Assembly: GCA_963662315.1 (NCBI GenBank)
Contig: OY759353.1
Location: 1,248,001 to 1,312,000, forward strand
Source: Geopsychrobacteraceae bacterium
GTDB lineage: Bacteria > Desulfobacterota > Desulfuromonadia > Desulfuromonadales > Geopsychrobacteraceae
Direction: 5' to 3'
Length of the DNA: 64,000 bases
In this document: positions 30,700-41,443 of the stretch, piece after piece
How positions within the stretch are numbered: the first letter of the stretch is position 1
Layout: each line of letters starts with the position of its first letter
The notes under the pieces: generated by a model
Database searches by the model: none
Told to the model about the DNA's origin: nothing
Seen by the model: only the letters and a program-made list of their open reading frames with translations
Position numbers and translations under genes: made by a program

Positions 30700-30779
30700 T
30701 TATTGGCCTTTTCCCTCAAGAACATAATTTATAAACCCGCGCGGATTATAAACCCGCTGGCGGAAAATTCACTGAAAAA

Positions 30780-31649
30780 TTAAAGAATAGCGTCACGTAG
30801 CTGCTTTGATTTCAGGAAAAATGAAAACATCTTATCCCCCTTGCCAGCAGCAACATCGGCTTTTAGCTCAGCGAAAAATTTCTCAAACTGCTCCATCATT
30901 TCTAGCAATGCCTCGCGATTTGTTTCGGCGATATCACGCCACATGGTCGGATCCGAAGAAGCAATCCGGGTGAAGTCACGAAAGCCTCCGGCTGAATACT
31001 CTAGAATGTTTTCTTCGTAATAGTCATAGGAGCCGACCGCATTGACCAGTGAATAAGCGACCATATGCGGCAAATGACTGATGGCCGCAAGAACGCGGTC
31101 ATGCTTTTCAGCAGTCATGGAAACAACTTCGCAACCAGTCGCCTGCCACATATGACGGACCATGTCAAAAGCCGCTTCCGGAGTTTTATCGGTAGGTGTC
31201 AAGATGCAGCGCTTCCCCTGATAGAGAGTCGCAAATGCTGCTTCTGCACCACTCTTCTCTGTTCCGGCAATCGGGTGCCCGGGAACGAAGGACACATGAT
31301 CAGGGAGCAACGGTTCGAGCTGATCAATAATCGCCCCCTTAACACTGCCACCATCAGTCAAAATGGCTCCAGCTTTCAAGCCAGGCAGCAATTGGCTGGT
31401 CACCGCAGCTAAACTTTTAACCGGCGTCGCCAGAAACACCACATCAGCGTCTTTAACGGCCTCAACAGGGTCACGGCTATAACGGTCAATCACACCCAAT
31501 TCCACTGCTTTTTCCAGATTGGGCTTGCCACGGCCACAGCCTACGACTTCGCCGACGGCACCGGCCTGCTTAAGGGCCAGAGCCAAGGAGCCTCCAATCA
31601 GACCGACACCAACAACAGCGAGCCGCGGAATAAAGAATTTATCCGCCAT
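30780..31649 (-). CDS. tyrA: Prephenate/arogenate dehydrogenase
   Basis: GVGLIGGS, GHPIAGTE, HD...SHLPH, GFRDFTRIA. Confidence 0.95.
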   Translation of the reverse strand: MADKFFIPRLAVVGVGLIGGSLALALKQAGAVGEVVGCGRGKPNLEKAVELGVIDRYSRDPVEAVKDADVVFLATPVKSLAAVTSQLLPGLKAGAILTDGGSVKGAIIDQLEPLLPDHVSFVPGHPIAGTEKSGAEAAFATLYQGKRCILTPTDKTPEAAFDMVRHMWQATGCEVVSMTAEKHDRVLAAISHLPHMVAYSLVNAVGSYDYYEENILEYSAGGFRDFTRIASSDPTMWRDIAETNREALLEMMEQFEKFFAELKADVAAGKGDKMFSFFLKSKQLRDAIL

Positions 31650-32749
31650 CAGTTCTGACCCCCGTTAGTCTTTTCTTGGCGGGCCAAGGGGTAAGAGCCA
31701 AGAACCTTGAGAAAATTACAGTGGGAGCGCAACTCTTCAACCGCATCAGAGATTCTGGCTTCGTCCGCATGCCCAATCAGGTCCAGAAAGAAAATATACT
31801 CCCAAGCCTTCTGCTTCATCGGCCGACTCTCAATTTTAGCCAGGTTGATATCACGCTTACTGAACGGTTCGAGCATGCGATAGAGAATACCCGGCTCGTC
31901 TTTGACACTGAACATAACGGAGGTTTTATCGTCGCCGCTTTTTTCCGGACTTTTTTTACCAATCACAAGAAAGCGCGTAAAATTATTTGGATTATCTTCA
32001 ATCCGCGCTTTAACAATTTTCAAATCAAACTGAAGAGATGCAGCATGGCTGGCGATCGCTGCGACAGAGTCATCTTCTGCGGCTAACTGGGCTGCAGCAC
32101 CGGTGCTTGAGACATCCATCTGGGGAATATCAGACATATTGGTATCCAGCCAGCGTCGGCACTGAACAAGGGCCTGAGGATGGGAAACAATTTTACTGAT
32201 ATGTGCAGGATCTCCGGACTTCGATAACAGATTATGGCTTATTTCCAGCATGATCTCGGCAATAATCTTGAGTTCTGAACCAACGAACATGTCGAGAGTA
32301 TGATTGACAACACCTTCGGTTGAATTTTCCACCGGGACAACCCCGTAATGGGCACGCCCCCGCTCTACCTCTTCAAACACAGCGGGAATACTTTTCATCG
32401 GTACCAGCTGGGCAGACAGCCCGAACTGCTGCATGGCCGCCTGGTGGGTAAAGGTCGATTGTGGCCCTAAAAACGCAACCTGCATCGGCATTTCCATATT
32501 TAACGAGGCAGAAATAATTTCTCTGAAGACTTTGCACACAGCATGATTGGGAAATGGTCCGGGGTTACTGGCGGTTAATCGCTCGTAAATCGCTTTTTCA
32601 CGACTGGGAACGTAAAAAGCACTATTCTCCCCCTGCTTAGCCCTGCCAACTTCAAGAACAATCCGAGCACGCTGGTTTAGCAGATCAAGAATATGATCAT
32701 CTATGCCGTCAATCTGTTCACGCAATTTCGACAGTTCAATTTTCGCCAT
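31649..32749 (-). CDS. pheA: Chorismate mutase/prephenate dehydratase
   Basis: AroQ N-terminus (LREQIDGID), PVENSTEG, NFTRF, ACT domain IESRP; start MAKIEL at 32749; TGATG overlap with tyrA. Confidence 0.96.
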   Translation of the reverse strand: MAKIELSKLREQIDGIDDHILDLLNQRARIVLEVGRAKQGENSAFYVPSREKAIYERLTASNPGPFPNHAVCKVFREIISASLNMEMPMQVAFLGPQSTFTHQAAMQQFGLSAQLVPMKSIPAVFEEVERGRAHYGVVPVENSTEGVVNHTLDMFVGSELKIIAEIMLEISHNLLSKSGDPAHISKIVSHPQALVQCRRWLDTNMSDIPQMDVSSTGAAAQLAAEDDSVAAIASHAASLQFDLKIVKARIEDNPNNFTRFLVIGKKSPEKSGDDKTSVMFSVKDEPGILYRMLEPFSKRDINLAKIESRPMKQKAWEYIFFLDLIGHADEARISDAVEELRSHCNFLKVLGSYPLARQEKTNGGQN

Positions 32750-32937
32750 GGTTATCAATATCCTTTTGAAAGTAAATTGGAAGCAGGAATGTAGCTTAAT
32801 CAGCAACAAAAATCAATTTACCTCATTTAATAAGTAAGACCAAGAAAGCGCCTTGACCACTGCGAACGGTGACGCTAAACTCGCCTGTCTATCAAAAAAC
32901 AACCTAACAAAGCTGCTTTATAGATAAGGAACATATC

Positions 32938-34128
32938 ATGCCGATCGCAAAGAAAATTCAGGGGTATCTGGAAAACGGTTCCTGGATAAGAAAGATGTTT
33001 GAAGAAGGTAACAAACTCAGGGCCCAGTATGGTGATGAAAATGTTTTTGACTTTTCCATCGGAAGCCCGGCAACCGAACCACCTGAAGAATTTCAAACCA
33101 GATTTCGGCAAATTGCCAACCAGCCCATTCCAGGTATGCATCGTTACATGAGTAATGCCGGTTACGAAGAAACGCGTGCTGCCGTAGCCTCAGCCATAAA
33201 TAAGCGCTGCAGCCAGACGCTCACCGCCAACCACATCGTTATGTCATGTGGAGCCGGTGCGGTACTCAATGTTGTGCTGAAGACCATCCTCAACGCAGGG
33301 GATGAAGTCATTGTCCTTAGCCCATACTTTGTTGATTATCTGTTCTATACCGACAACCATGGCGGAGTTCCGGTCATCGTCAAAACCGATGCATCATTTC
33401 AGCCCGACCTGTCTGCCATTGAAGCGGCAATCACCGAAAAAACCAGGGCTATCCTGATCAATTCCCCGAACAATCCGACCGGTGTCATCTACCCTGCCGA
33501 GACACTGTCCAAAATTGGCGACCTGCTGGCACGCAAGGAACAGGAACTGGGCACGACAATCATTGCCATTTCAGACGAACCATATGCCAAAATCAGCTAT
33601 GGCAAGCATGTTCCCTGTATTTTTGACTGCATCGCCAACTCGGTCATCGTTACGTCCCACTCCAAGGACCTGTCCCTGCCCGGGGAACGGATCGGCTACC
33701 TTGCCGCGAATCCTCGCTTGAAAGATGTCGGTTTATTCATGCACGGTGCCGTATTTTCCAACCGGGTACTGGGCTTCATTAACGCCCCGGCCCTGATGCA
33801 GCGTCTGGTCACTGACCTGCAGGATGCCAGTGTTGATGTCGAAGCCTACCGCCGCAAGCGTGATCTGTTTTACAACAAACTGACTGAGCTTGGCTTTGAA
33901 TGTGTTAAGCCAGAGGGGGCTTTTTACCTGTTTCCAAAAGTTCCTATTGCTGATGAAATGGAATTTGTCCGCAAGGCCCAGGAGTATCGAATCCTGATCG
34001 TTCCTGGAAGTGGCTTTGGAGGACCAGGATATTTCCGCATTGCCTACTGCGCCGATGAAAAGACCATCGAGCGCAGCTTTCCGCTGTGGGAGCAGTTGGC
34101 CGCTGAACTTGGATTGACCAAAAACTGA
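32938..34128 (+). CDS. Class I/II PLP-dependent (aspartate-type) aminotransferase
   Basis: INSPNNPTG, SDEPY, SHSKDLSLPGERIG, PEGAFY. Confidence 0.93.
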   Translation: MPIAKKIQGYLENGSWIRKMFEEGNKLRAQYGDENVFDFSIGSPATEPPEEFQTRFRQIANQPIPGMHRYMSNAGYEETRAAVASAINKRCSQTLTANHIVMSCGAGAVLNVVLKTILNAGDEVIVLSPYFVDYLFYTDNHGGVPVIVKTDASFQPDLSAIEAAITEKTRAILINSPNNPTGVIYPAETLSKIGDLLARKEQELGTTIIAISDEPYAKISYGKHVPCIFDCIANSVIVTSHSKDLSLPGERIGYLAANPRLKDVGLFMHGAVFSNRVLGFINAPALMQRLVTDLQDASVDVEAYRRKRDLFYNKLTELGFECVKPEGAFYLFPKVPIADEMEFVRKAQEYRILIVPGSGFGGPGYFRIAYCADEKTIERSFPLWEQLAAELGLTKN

Positions 34129-34183
34129 TTTAACGAGCGGCAAAAGTATCACACATATAGTGAGATTTTGCCGCTCGTTAAAT
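34128..34183. repeat. Perfect 18-bp inverted repeat between convergent genes
   Basis: ATTTAACGAGCGGCAAAA (34128-34145) and TTTTGCCGCTCGTTAAAT (34166-34183). Confidence 0.85.
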
Positions 34184-34226
34184 GATCTTGCTATCAATTT
34201 CCCCCACACACTGATACCGCGCACAG

Positions 34227-35477
34227 TTAAAAGCGAATACTCTGAAAGATCCGCTCCCCTGCCCTGACATCAAAAGGGGCCAAAGGCAACGATCTGCTGA
34301 CCTCTGCAGGCTTAGCCTCGGCAAACGTCACTTGCAGTTCATGATGCCCTACAGAAAGAGGAATGCGAAGCAACGTCAAACGACCCGGCAAGGTCTGCCA
34401 ATAACGAACGTCAGGCTCTTCCAACAATAACAAACCCAGGCGGACTGCAACTTCAGCAATATCTCCCTGTTTATTCCCAACCGCCTGACTGATCGCCTCT
34501 TTGGTGGCAGCTCGCGCGGTCTCTTTTATGATAATTCTGGCTCGGCGTTCCTCTAATGCGGCCCTGGCAACACCAGCCATATCGGTTGAAATAACCGGCA
34601 ATTCACTCGTCCCTAAAGGACGTACGTCAAGAGGATAAAGTGGCGTCATGGAATCACGGTAATAGGGAAAAGAAAATCTGATTGAAGGCGGCAGAACCAC
34701 ATTCCCTGGCAGTTTTTCCGGGATTCTACCATTCGCAATAAACAAGACCAATTCAGCCTTAGCGTTGACAAGGGGCCTTTTTATAAAAGGCTGGTATTGA
34801 TCGACCTCATCAGACATTCCAAGTCGACTGGCCAACTGAACCAGATCTGCGGCGACCGGAGTCGGATCGGACAGGACGTCGGCGAGTTTGCGATACTCTA
34901 TATACGCACCATTATTATCACCAACGTTGGCAAAGCATAGTGCTACCAACGCACGGGTAAAGAACGTCTGTTTCAAGCTATCGGGATGGTTATCAACTAG
35001 CTTCAGGGCACGTTTTGCCTCAACAAGAGCCTCGTCAAACTGGCCCAGCTGAAGAAAATCCATCATCAGATAGGTATGAACCCAAAGCCGCTCACTGGAC
35101 TCACCCTTGTAGCGGGTCAGCCATTCAGTCGTTACCAGCGAACTGGTCTGTTCAGAAATGCTGATGACTTCGTACTGTTCAATCAATGCTGCAGCCTCAA
35201 GCAGCACATCGATACTGCGCTGAAACTCGCCGATATCGTGGTAAATCACCCCCTGCTCCATCAGGAAAAGCAGAAGGTTGCGCTGACCGAGGTTATCCCC
35301 TTTGGCAAGGATAGCCAAGGCGTCATGAGGCTGGCCAGCGTAGTAACTACCGGCCGCCTGATTAAGGCGACCGGCACAACCACTCAGCTGCATCATAAAC
35401 AGGACAAACAGCAGCAGACGCACAACGCTAAACAGTGGCCCTACAGTGCTTTTTTTCAAAAAAAAGAAAGGCTCCAT
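34227..35477 (-). CDS. TPR-like lipoprotein (COG3014-like) downstream of the LpoB-like gene
   Basis: Lipobox LSGC, 'Y.GE..E' and 'DVRYWQTLP' segments; start codon uncertain. Confidence 0.7.
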   Translation of the reverse strand: MEPFFFLKKSTVGPLFSVVRLLLFVLFMMQLSGCAGRLNQAAGSYYAGQPHDALAILAKGDNLGQRNLLLFLMEQGVIYHDIGEFQRSIDVLLEAAALIEQYEVISISEQTSSLVTTEWLTRYKGESSERLWVHTYLMMDFLQLGQFDEALVEAKRALKLVDNHPDSLKQTFFTRALVALCFANVGDNNGAYIEYRKLADVLSDPTPVAADLVQLASRLGMSDEVDQYQPFIKRPLVNAKAELVLFIANGRIPEKLPGNVVLPPSIRFSFPYYRDSMTPLYPLDVRPLGTSELPVISTDMAGVARAALEERRARIIIKETARAATKEAISQAVGNKQGDIAEVAVRLGLLLLEEPDVRYWQTLPGRLTLLRIPLSVGHHELQVTFAEAKPAEVSRSLPLAPFDVRAGERIFQSIRF

Positions 35478-35489
35478 CCTGAGAAATCA

Positions 35490-36101
35490 TCACCAACCAA
35501 TAAAAGGTTTTGATGCTTCCCGGATGATCTCGGTGCTGTCAGCCCACTCAATCAGGCCCGTCTGGATATCGGTCAGCTCAAGGTTCAGACTGTAGTACAT
35601 GAGAGTTTTCTTTTTAAAACGCACCTGTCTGGGTTGCTCTTTCTCCATAGACCTTAGGGTTCCGGTCAACATGTACTTTGCCCCAATCTGGCGTGCTCTG
35701 GCAATACGGGTTTCAGCCGCGACATTGCCTCCATACTGATAGCTGGTTTCGCGTTCAATGTTTTCGCGTTGTGTTTCATTAACAAAACGCACCCGCCCGC
35801 TCTGTAGCAGCGCCTGCCGAATATCATCGGTAATCGCGCTGGTGCTGATATGTTCAGTGGTGCGGTTTGCGATCCCGTAAACAATGACAACCGGACGATC
35901 AGTCGACCGATCAAGCGGATATTTTCCCAATAACGATTGCACCATATCAGCAACAATCGCCTTCTTATCGGAAAAATGATAACCTTCGTCGTAAATGACC
36001 TTCTCATCCGAACTGACTTCGCGCGTGGTCACTGTGCATCCGGAAAGAGTCATCAGCAGCACAGCCATAACCAGCAATACCGACCAATATGTTTTTTTCA
36101 T
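35490..36101 (-). CDS. LpoB-like penicillin-binding protein activator lipoprotein
   Basis: Lipobox LSGC, IANRTTEHI, SGRVRFV, LELTDIQTGLIEW; start MKKTYW at 36101. Confidence 0.8.
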   Translation of the reverse strand: MKKTYWSVLLVMAVLLMTLSGCTVTTREVSSDEKVIYDEGYHFSDKKAIVADMVQSLLGKYPLDRSTDRPVVIVYGIANRTTEHISTSAITDDIRQALLQSGRVRFVNETQRENIERETSYQYGGNVAAETRIARARQIGAKYMLTGTLRSMEKEQPRQVRFKKKTLMYYSLNLELTDIQTGLIEWADSTEIIREASKPFIGW

Positions 36102-36187
36102 TATATCCACCTCCGTTACGGGATAGTAATTAAACATTAAGGGTACTTCAGAAAAACTATTATCTCAAGTCTACCTAACGTATCCCT

Positions 36188-38338
36188 CTAATATTTTTTA
36201 AGTTGCCAGCAGTTATGAATTCGTGGGTTACGCTCAAAGTCCAAGGGCAGCGTTTTGACTGTAATGTCCTCAATCTCAAACTCATTCAACTGTTCTTTAT
36301 CAATGCGGAACTTGCGCAGATTGTTGGAAAAAATCAGCACGCCGTCGTCAGCCAGCAAACGTCCCACCTTGTTAAGTAACGCCACATGATCACGCTGAAT
36401 ATCAAACGTCCCCTGCATACCTTTGGAATTTGAAAAGGTCGGCGGATCGAGAAAAATAAGGTCATAGGTCCCTTGAGCATGATCAAGCCAGGTCAGGCAA
36501 TCAGCCTGAATGAGTTCCTGCCGGTCAGGGTCAAAACCATTCAGGGAGATATTCTTCTTCGCCCACTCCAGGTAGGTTCGCGACATATCGACGGTTGTCG
36601 TTGCTAACGCGCCACCTTTCAGAGCATGGACCGTTGCCGCACCGGTATAGGCAAACAGGTTAAGAAAACGCTTCCCCTCTGCCAGCGACTGGACGAGCTG
36701 GCGGGTTTGCCGATGATCGAGAAACAAACCGGTATCCAGATAGTCGGTCAGATTGACCAGAAAGCGACAATTCCCTTCTCTGACCTCTTTGAACACTCCT
36801 CGCTGGGCTTGCTTTTCATATTGCTGACTCCCTTTTTGTCGCTGGCGGACCTTCTGGTGAACCTTATCGGGAGCCAGATCAAGCACAAGAGGAACCGCAT
36901 CAACAACATCGCGATAACGCTGGGCCGCTTTGTTTTCATCAACCTTACTGGGAGCACGATACTCCTGCAGGTGGACTTCGTCACCGTAAACATCAACAGC
37001 AACAGCATATTCAGGGAGATCCGCATCATATAAACGGTAACAATCAAGCTCTTGCTGTTTCGCCCACTTGCCGTATTTTTTTAGATTTTTGCGCAGGCGA
37101 TTGGCAAACATTTCAGCTTCGGGCGAAAGCTTTTTCTTAACAGCCTTCCCCGCACCATCGTCAAGAGAACGCCAATGATTGTCGTCATTCACATCGAACT
37201 GTAGTAGCTGACACTTAAGAGCTCCATTGTAAAGAACATTAATTTTGTCAGCCCGCAAGCCGATACTCCGACCCAGCTGCGGATTGGAGGTAATAACACC
37301 AGCTTTCCAGCCGCGACAGTAGGTTGCGAGCCTTTCGCCCAGAAGATTATACAGCGCGGGCAACTCAGAATCCTTTCCCAACCGTTCACCATAAGGAGGG
37401 TTGGCAACCAGCAGACCGGTGGAAACTGCCGCTGGCGGCATAAGCTCGCGCAACGTTCGACGTTCAAAGTGAATCAGCTTATCAAGGCCAGCATTACGAG
37501 CATGCTGCCAGGCGGCCTTAATCGCCCGGCTATCACTATCGTAACCAAGAATGATGACGGAGGCCCTCGCCCTCGCCTCCAGATAACGCTCCTGCGCAGC
37601 AATCAGCAGGCGCTGCCACAAATCAGCATCATGCTGTTTCCACCCCAGAAAGCCATAGTAACGCCGGTTCAGTCCTGGAGCGCAGTCTGTGGCCATCAGA
37701 GCAGCTTCCAGGGGTAACGTTCCGGAACCGCACATAGGGTCAATAAACGCCCCACCCTGAGCACAAATTTCCGGCCATCCGGAACGAATCAGTATAGCTG
37801 CGGCAAGATTTTCTTTGAGGGGGGCATGAACGCCATCGATACGGTAACTGCGCTTGTGCAGGCTGTCCCCAGATAAATCGATGGATACGGTTGCCTGATC
37901 TTTATGGATATGCAGATTGATACGCACCGCAGGTTCATCGGTATCAACGCCAGGACGTTCCCCACAACGGGAACGGAACTGATCAACGATGGCATCTTTG
38001 AGTTTCAACGCGGCAAAGCGTGAATGGTTTATGGCAGAGGCAATAAGACTACAGTCGACAGCAAAGCTGTCTGTCACAGTGAAATGCTCAGTCCAGTCAA
38101 TCTGGCTGGCACCAGCATAGAGTTGCTCTGGGGATTTGGCCTCAAAACTGGTGAGCGGCAACAGGACCCTGCTTGCCAAGCGTGACCATAAACAGACACT
38201 GTAAGCCATTTTCAGGTCGCCGGAAAAACGTACTCCGGCACGCTCCTGCTTAACCTCCGATGCCCCAAGCTGGACAAGTTCCTCAGCCAATAACGGTTCT
38301 AAACCAAGGGCAGCAGTTGCAAAAAAATTTGTACTCAT
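36188..38338 (-). CDS. rlmKL: Bifunctional 23S rRNA methyltransferase RlmKL
   Basis: THUMP-like N-part, APLKENLAAA, DPMCGSGT, NPPYGER; second MTase domain DTGLFLDHR, NLFAYTG, DPPTFSNSK. Confidence 0.96.
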   Translation of the reverse strand: MSTNFFATAALGLEPLLAEELVQLGASEVKQERAGVRFSGDLKMAYSVCLWSRLASRVLLPLTSFEAKSPEQLYAGASQIDWTEHFTVTDSFAVDCSLIASAINHSRFAALKLKDAIVDQFRSRCGERPGVDTDEPAVRINLHIHKDQATVSIDLSGDSLHKRSYRIDGVHAPLKENLAAAILIRSGWPEICAQGGAFIDPMCGSGTLPLEAALMATDCAPGLNRRYYGFLGWKQHDADLWQRLLIAAQERYLEARARASVIILGYDSDSRAIKAAWQHARNAGLDKLIHFERRTLRELMPPAAVSTGLLVANPPYGERLGKDSELPALYNLLGERLATYCRGWKAGVITSNPQLGRSIGLRADKINVLYNGALKCQLLQFDVNDDNHWRSLDDGAGKAVKKKLSPEAEMFANRLRKNLKKYGKWAKQQELDCYRLYDADLPEYAVAVDVYGDEVHLQEYRAPSKVDENKAAQRYRDVVDAVPLVLDLAPDKVHQKVRQRQKGSQQYEKQAQRGVFKEVREGNCRFLVNLTDYLDTGLFLDHRQTRQLVQSLAEGKRFLNLFAYTGAATVHALKGGALATTTVDMSRTYLEWAKKNISLNGFDPDRQELIQADCLTWLDHAQGTYDLIFLDPPTFSNSKGMQGTFDIQRDHVALLNKVGRLLADDGVLIFSNNLRKFRIDKEQLNEFEIEDITVKTLPLDFERNPRIHNCWQLKKY

Positions 38339-38433
38339 AAATCTCTTTCTTCATCCAGATGGATAAATATTGATGCAACAGCTTCAACCGCCGTTGCATA
38401 TAATCAGTAGCTGTGTTCTAACAGCTGACCACG

Positions 38434-38461
38434 AAAAAGGGACGGAAAAAATATCCGTCCC
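38434..38461 (-). terminator. Intrinsic terminator after the M16 peptidase gene
   Basis: GGGACGGA/TCCGTCCC stem with a 5-A run on its left. Confidence 0.7.
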
Positions 38462-38494
38462 AAAATTATACTCCATCTATCACGGAGCCGGTTA

Positions 38495-41443
38495 TCAGAT
38501 TTTCTCAAGTGTCAGAGGTAAATCGAGCTCAGTATTGGCCTTCTGCAAGGCCCCTTCACTAGCGAGCACGGCCACCGAACTCCCCCCCTGTTTCAGATAC
38601 AGCTCCGCAACACGTTGCAGATCCGCCCTGGTCACTGTCAGTAGTTGCTTGCGCATTTGATTGCGCATTTCCAGGGTCATCTGCTGGCGGCGATTAGCAA
38701 ACTCATGAGACCCCATTCCCGCCGGTGACAGTGGTTTATCAAGATCACTGAAAACAGCGATAATAGCCTCGGTCACAGATTCATCAGAAAAACCGCCAGC
38801 CACAACCCACTCGACAGCATCGTCATAAACTTTTAGCGTCCGTACCAATTGTGGATCCCGGTAAGACAACATACTGAACAGACCTGATTCCGAATTATAA
38901 CCAGCAAGGCCGCCATAGGCCCCACCTTTTTCACGGATTTCCCGATGCAAATATTCAGCACGCATCAGTTTGGACAAAACCGTCAGGGCAGCGCTGTCAG
39001 CATGGACAAAAGGAACGGCCCGGAAGACTTTGGCGACGTAGTTGACCGGTATCGACCACACCAGCCCCAAGGACTCTGGTTCGCTGTTAAATTTTGCTCC
39101 GCTCGAAAGGTTGTTAATCGGATTGCTGGCTAGATCATTGAGCAGCGCAGCCAGAGGCCTGGCGAAGACCTGGAAGTTATCCCTTTCAACCGTCACTCCC
39201 GTCTGAACACATGCTTTGTTAAAAAGAGCAGTTCTCAGTTTGTCCAACGCGCCAGCAAATTCAGTCAGCTCCTCTGTAGCTTTCCCGGCCAACTCTTTAA
39301 CCAGGGCGATCTGACTAAGCCCAGACCATTCTTCACGCAGCCTACCTGCGGCAGACAGGGAAGCAGCGGCACGCCGCGCAGCATAGGAATGACCAGCTTG
39401 TGGTACCGAGTTTTCCAAAGAGACCTTCAGTTGTTTAAGAACGGTACTCAACCGCTGCAGGTCACTGAAGTCGGGCGTCAGAATGATATCCCTGAGCAGA
39501 CCCAGCAGCGCGTCAGCGTGACGTACCAAAGACTTCCCTTTGACTTCAAAACCCGGGTAACTCAGGTTGATATCCAGAGGGCTGTCCAGCAATGCGGTCC
39601 GCCCCGATATTCCGCCACTGACAGCTTCGATCTGTTCTGCCATCTCCAGGTAACTGCGCCCACCGGCCCCGACCTGAGTCAGCAGACTGCCGAAAATCGG
39701 CAGGTAAAGCATCTGTTTTTCATCCAGGCCACCAAGATCAAAATGTAATGACACCACACCAATACCATTGGTCGGCTGATCGAACCAATACTGCTTAATC
39801 CCGTTTAGGTCGCCGCTGTCACATGCAATGGCATGCTCTTCCGGTGGAATGTCGCTCAATTCCAGAGTAGGCAGGCAGGATAGATCTTCCGGTCCTTCCT
39901 GCGCGTTTTTAAGTTCAACGGCACGTTGAATCAACTGATCTTTTTCAGCATCGGTCAACCCCTGAGCAATGGTATCCAGTTGCTTTTGGGTATCGGCTTC
40001 CTGACGTGGACCCAGATCATGATCCGGTTTCAACAATAAGGTGATGCGATGGGGATTCTCAAGCAGGTAGGTCCGGATCAATGTTTCGAAATAGGGGCCC
40101 TTGTCCAGTTCAGAGCGAAGTCTGGCGAGGTTTTCATCAAAAGCCAGGACAGATTTGGGATCACCGCCATGAATCCACGGACCTATCAACTTCATCAGCA
40201 GCAGCAACCCATAAGGATAGCTGTCCCCGGTAACTTCCCGGTTACTGAACTCAAGACGATGAATGGCTCCCTCGATACGTTCTTTGGAAAACCCTTCGTT
40301 CGCGATTTGAGTCAAGGTATTCAGAATTAATTCCTCAATAGCTTCCAGCTTATCCGGATCAGTCCCCTGCAAGCCAGCAGCAAAGAATGTTGTCCGGTTA
40401 TCATCATGGTAACCACTTCCTGGCGCCAGATTGGCGCCCAGGCCAGAATCCAGAAGCGCCTTATACAAAGGTGCGGCTGGATTACCAAGGAGCAGGGTGG
40501 ACAACAGCGACAAGGATAACTGTTCAAAGCTGTCATTGATATCACAGCACAACCAGCCAAGCTGTACCATGGAACGTTTTTCCAGTGGTTCGCCCGCATC
40601 AAGAGGATAAAGCTCCGTCACCTTCTGCGGTCCGGAAAGACGCATTTCCAGGGGGACCTCGCTGTCAAGATCAAGCCGCTCAAACTGCTTCAGGACTCGG
40701 TCCTCTACTATTTCCAGAATTTCAGCAAGATCAAGGTTGCCTGCCGTATAGAACCAGGCGTTACTAGGATGATAATAACTCGCGTGAAAATCCCTGAGCT
40801 GCTGCCAGGTCAGCTTGGGAATGTCTTCCGGTTCACCACCAGAATTGTGCCTATAGGTGGTAGTCGGGAACAGGTGCTTGTCCATACGCCGCGACAACAA
40901 CCCGGACGGATCAGACATGGCTCCCTTCATTTCGTTATACACAACGCCCTTGTATTCCAGAGGAGATTCAGGATTTTCCATATCGGAAAATTCCAGGCGA
41001 TGCCCTTCCTGACTGAAGTCACGCTCGGTGATACGCGGGAAGAAAGCCGCATCCAGATAAATATCAAGAAGATTGAAAAAATCCTTACGGTTCATACTGG
41101 AAAAGGGATAAACCGTCCAGTCACTGGCCGTCATGGCATTCATAAAACTGTTTAGGCTACGCTTGAGCATAGAGAAGAACGGGTCCCGCACCGGGTATCG
41201 CTGGGAACCGCACAAAACCGTATGTTCAAGAATGTGAGCAACCCCGGTAGAGTCATCAGGCGGAGTTCTGAAGCCAACAGAAAACAGATGATTATCATCA
41301 TCACGGTCAAGGTGCATGAAGCGTGCACCGGTCTGCTGATGGGTAAGGCGAATCATGGTTGCATTAATGGCAGGCAGCACATCAATACTATCGACAATAA
41401 AACCAGACAGTTGTTGTCCCAAGGCAAATTTATTCTTCATCAT
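38495..41443 (-). CDS. M16C insulinase-family metallopeptidase (presequence protease/Cym1-like)
   Basis: HILEH inverted zinc motif, GSQRYPVRDPFF, GVVYNEMKG, IREKGGAYGG, SYRDP; start at 41440, 41443 or 41455. Confidence 0.93.
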   Translation of the reverse strand: MMKNKFALGQQLSGFIVDSIDVLPAINATMIRLTHQQTGARFMHLDRDDDNHLFSVGFRTPPDDSTGVAHILEHTVLCGSQRYPVRDPFFSMLKRSLNSFMNAMTASDWTVYPFSSMNRKDFFNLLDIYLDAAFFPRITERDFSQEGHRLEFSDMENPESPLEYKGVVYNEMKGAMSDPSGLLSRRMDKHLFPTTTYRHNSGGEPEDIPKLTWQQLRDFHASYYHPSNAWFYTAGNLDLAEILEIVEDRVLKQFERLDLDSEVPLEMRLSGPQKVTELYPLDAGEPLEKRSMVQLGWLCCDINDSFEQLSLSLLSTLLLGNPAAPLYKALLDSGLGANLAPGSGYHDDNRTTFFAAGLQGTDPDKLEAIEELILNTLTQIANEGFSKERIEGAIHRLEFSNREVTGDSYPYGLLLLMKLIGPWIHGGDPKSVLAFDENLARLRSELDKGPYFETLIRTYLLENPHRITLLLKPDHDLGPRQEADTQKQLDTIAQGLTDAEKDQLIQRAVELKNAQEGPEDLSCLPTLELSDIPPEEHAIACDSGDLNGIKQYWFDQPTNGIGVVSLHFDLGGLDEKQMLYLPIFGSLLTQVGAGGRSYLEMAEQIEAVSGGISGRTALLDSPLDINLSYPGFEVKGKSLVRHADALLGLLRDIILTPDFSDLQRLSTVLKQLKVSLENSVPQAGHSYAARRAAASLSAAGRLREEWSGLSQIALVKELAGKATEELTEFAGALDKLRTALFNKACVQTGVTVERDNFQVFARPLAALLNDLASNPINNLSSGAKFNSEPESLGLVWSIPVNYVAKVFRAVPFVHADSAALTVLSKLMRAEYLHREIREKGGAYGGLAGYNSESGLFSMLSYRDPQLVRTLKVYDDAVEWVVAGGFSDESVTEAIIAVFSDLDKPLSPAGMGSHEFANRRQQMTLEMRNQMRKQLLTVTRADLQRVAELYLKQGGSSVAVLASEGALQKANTELDLPLTLEKI

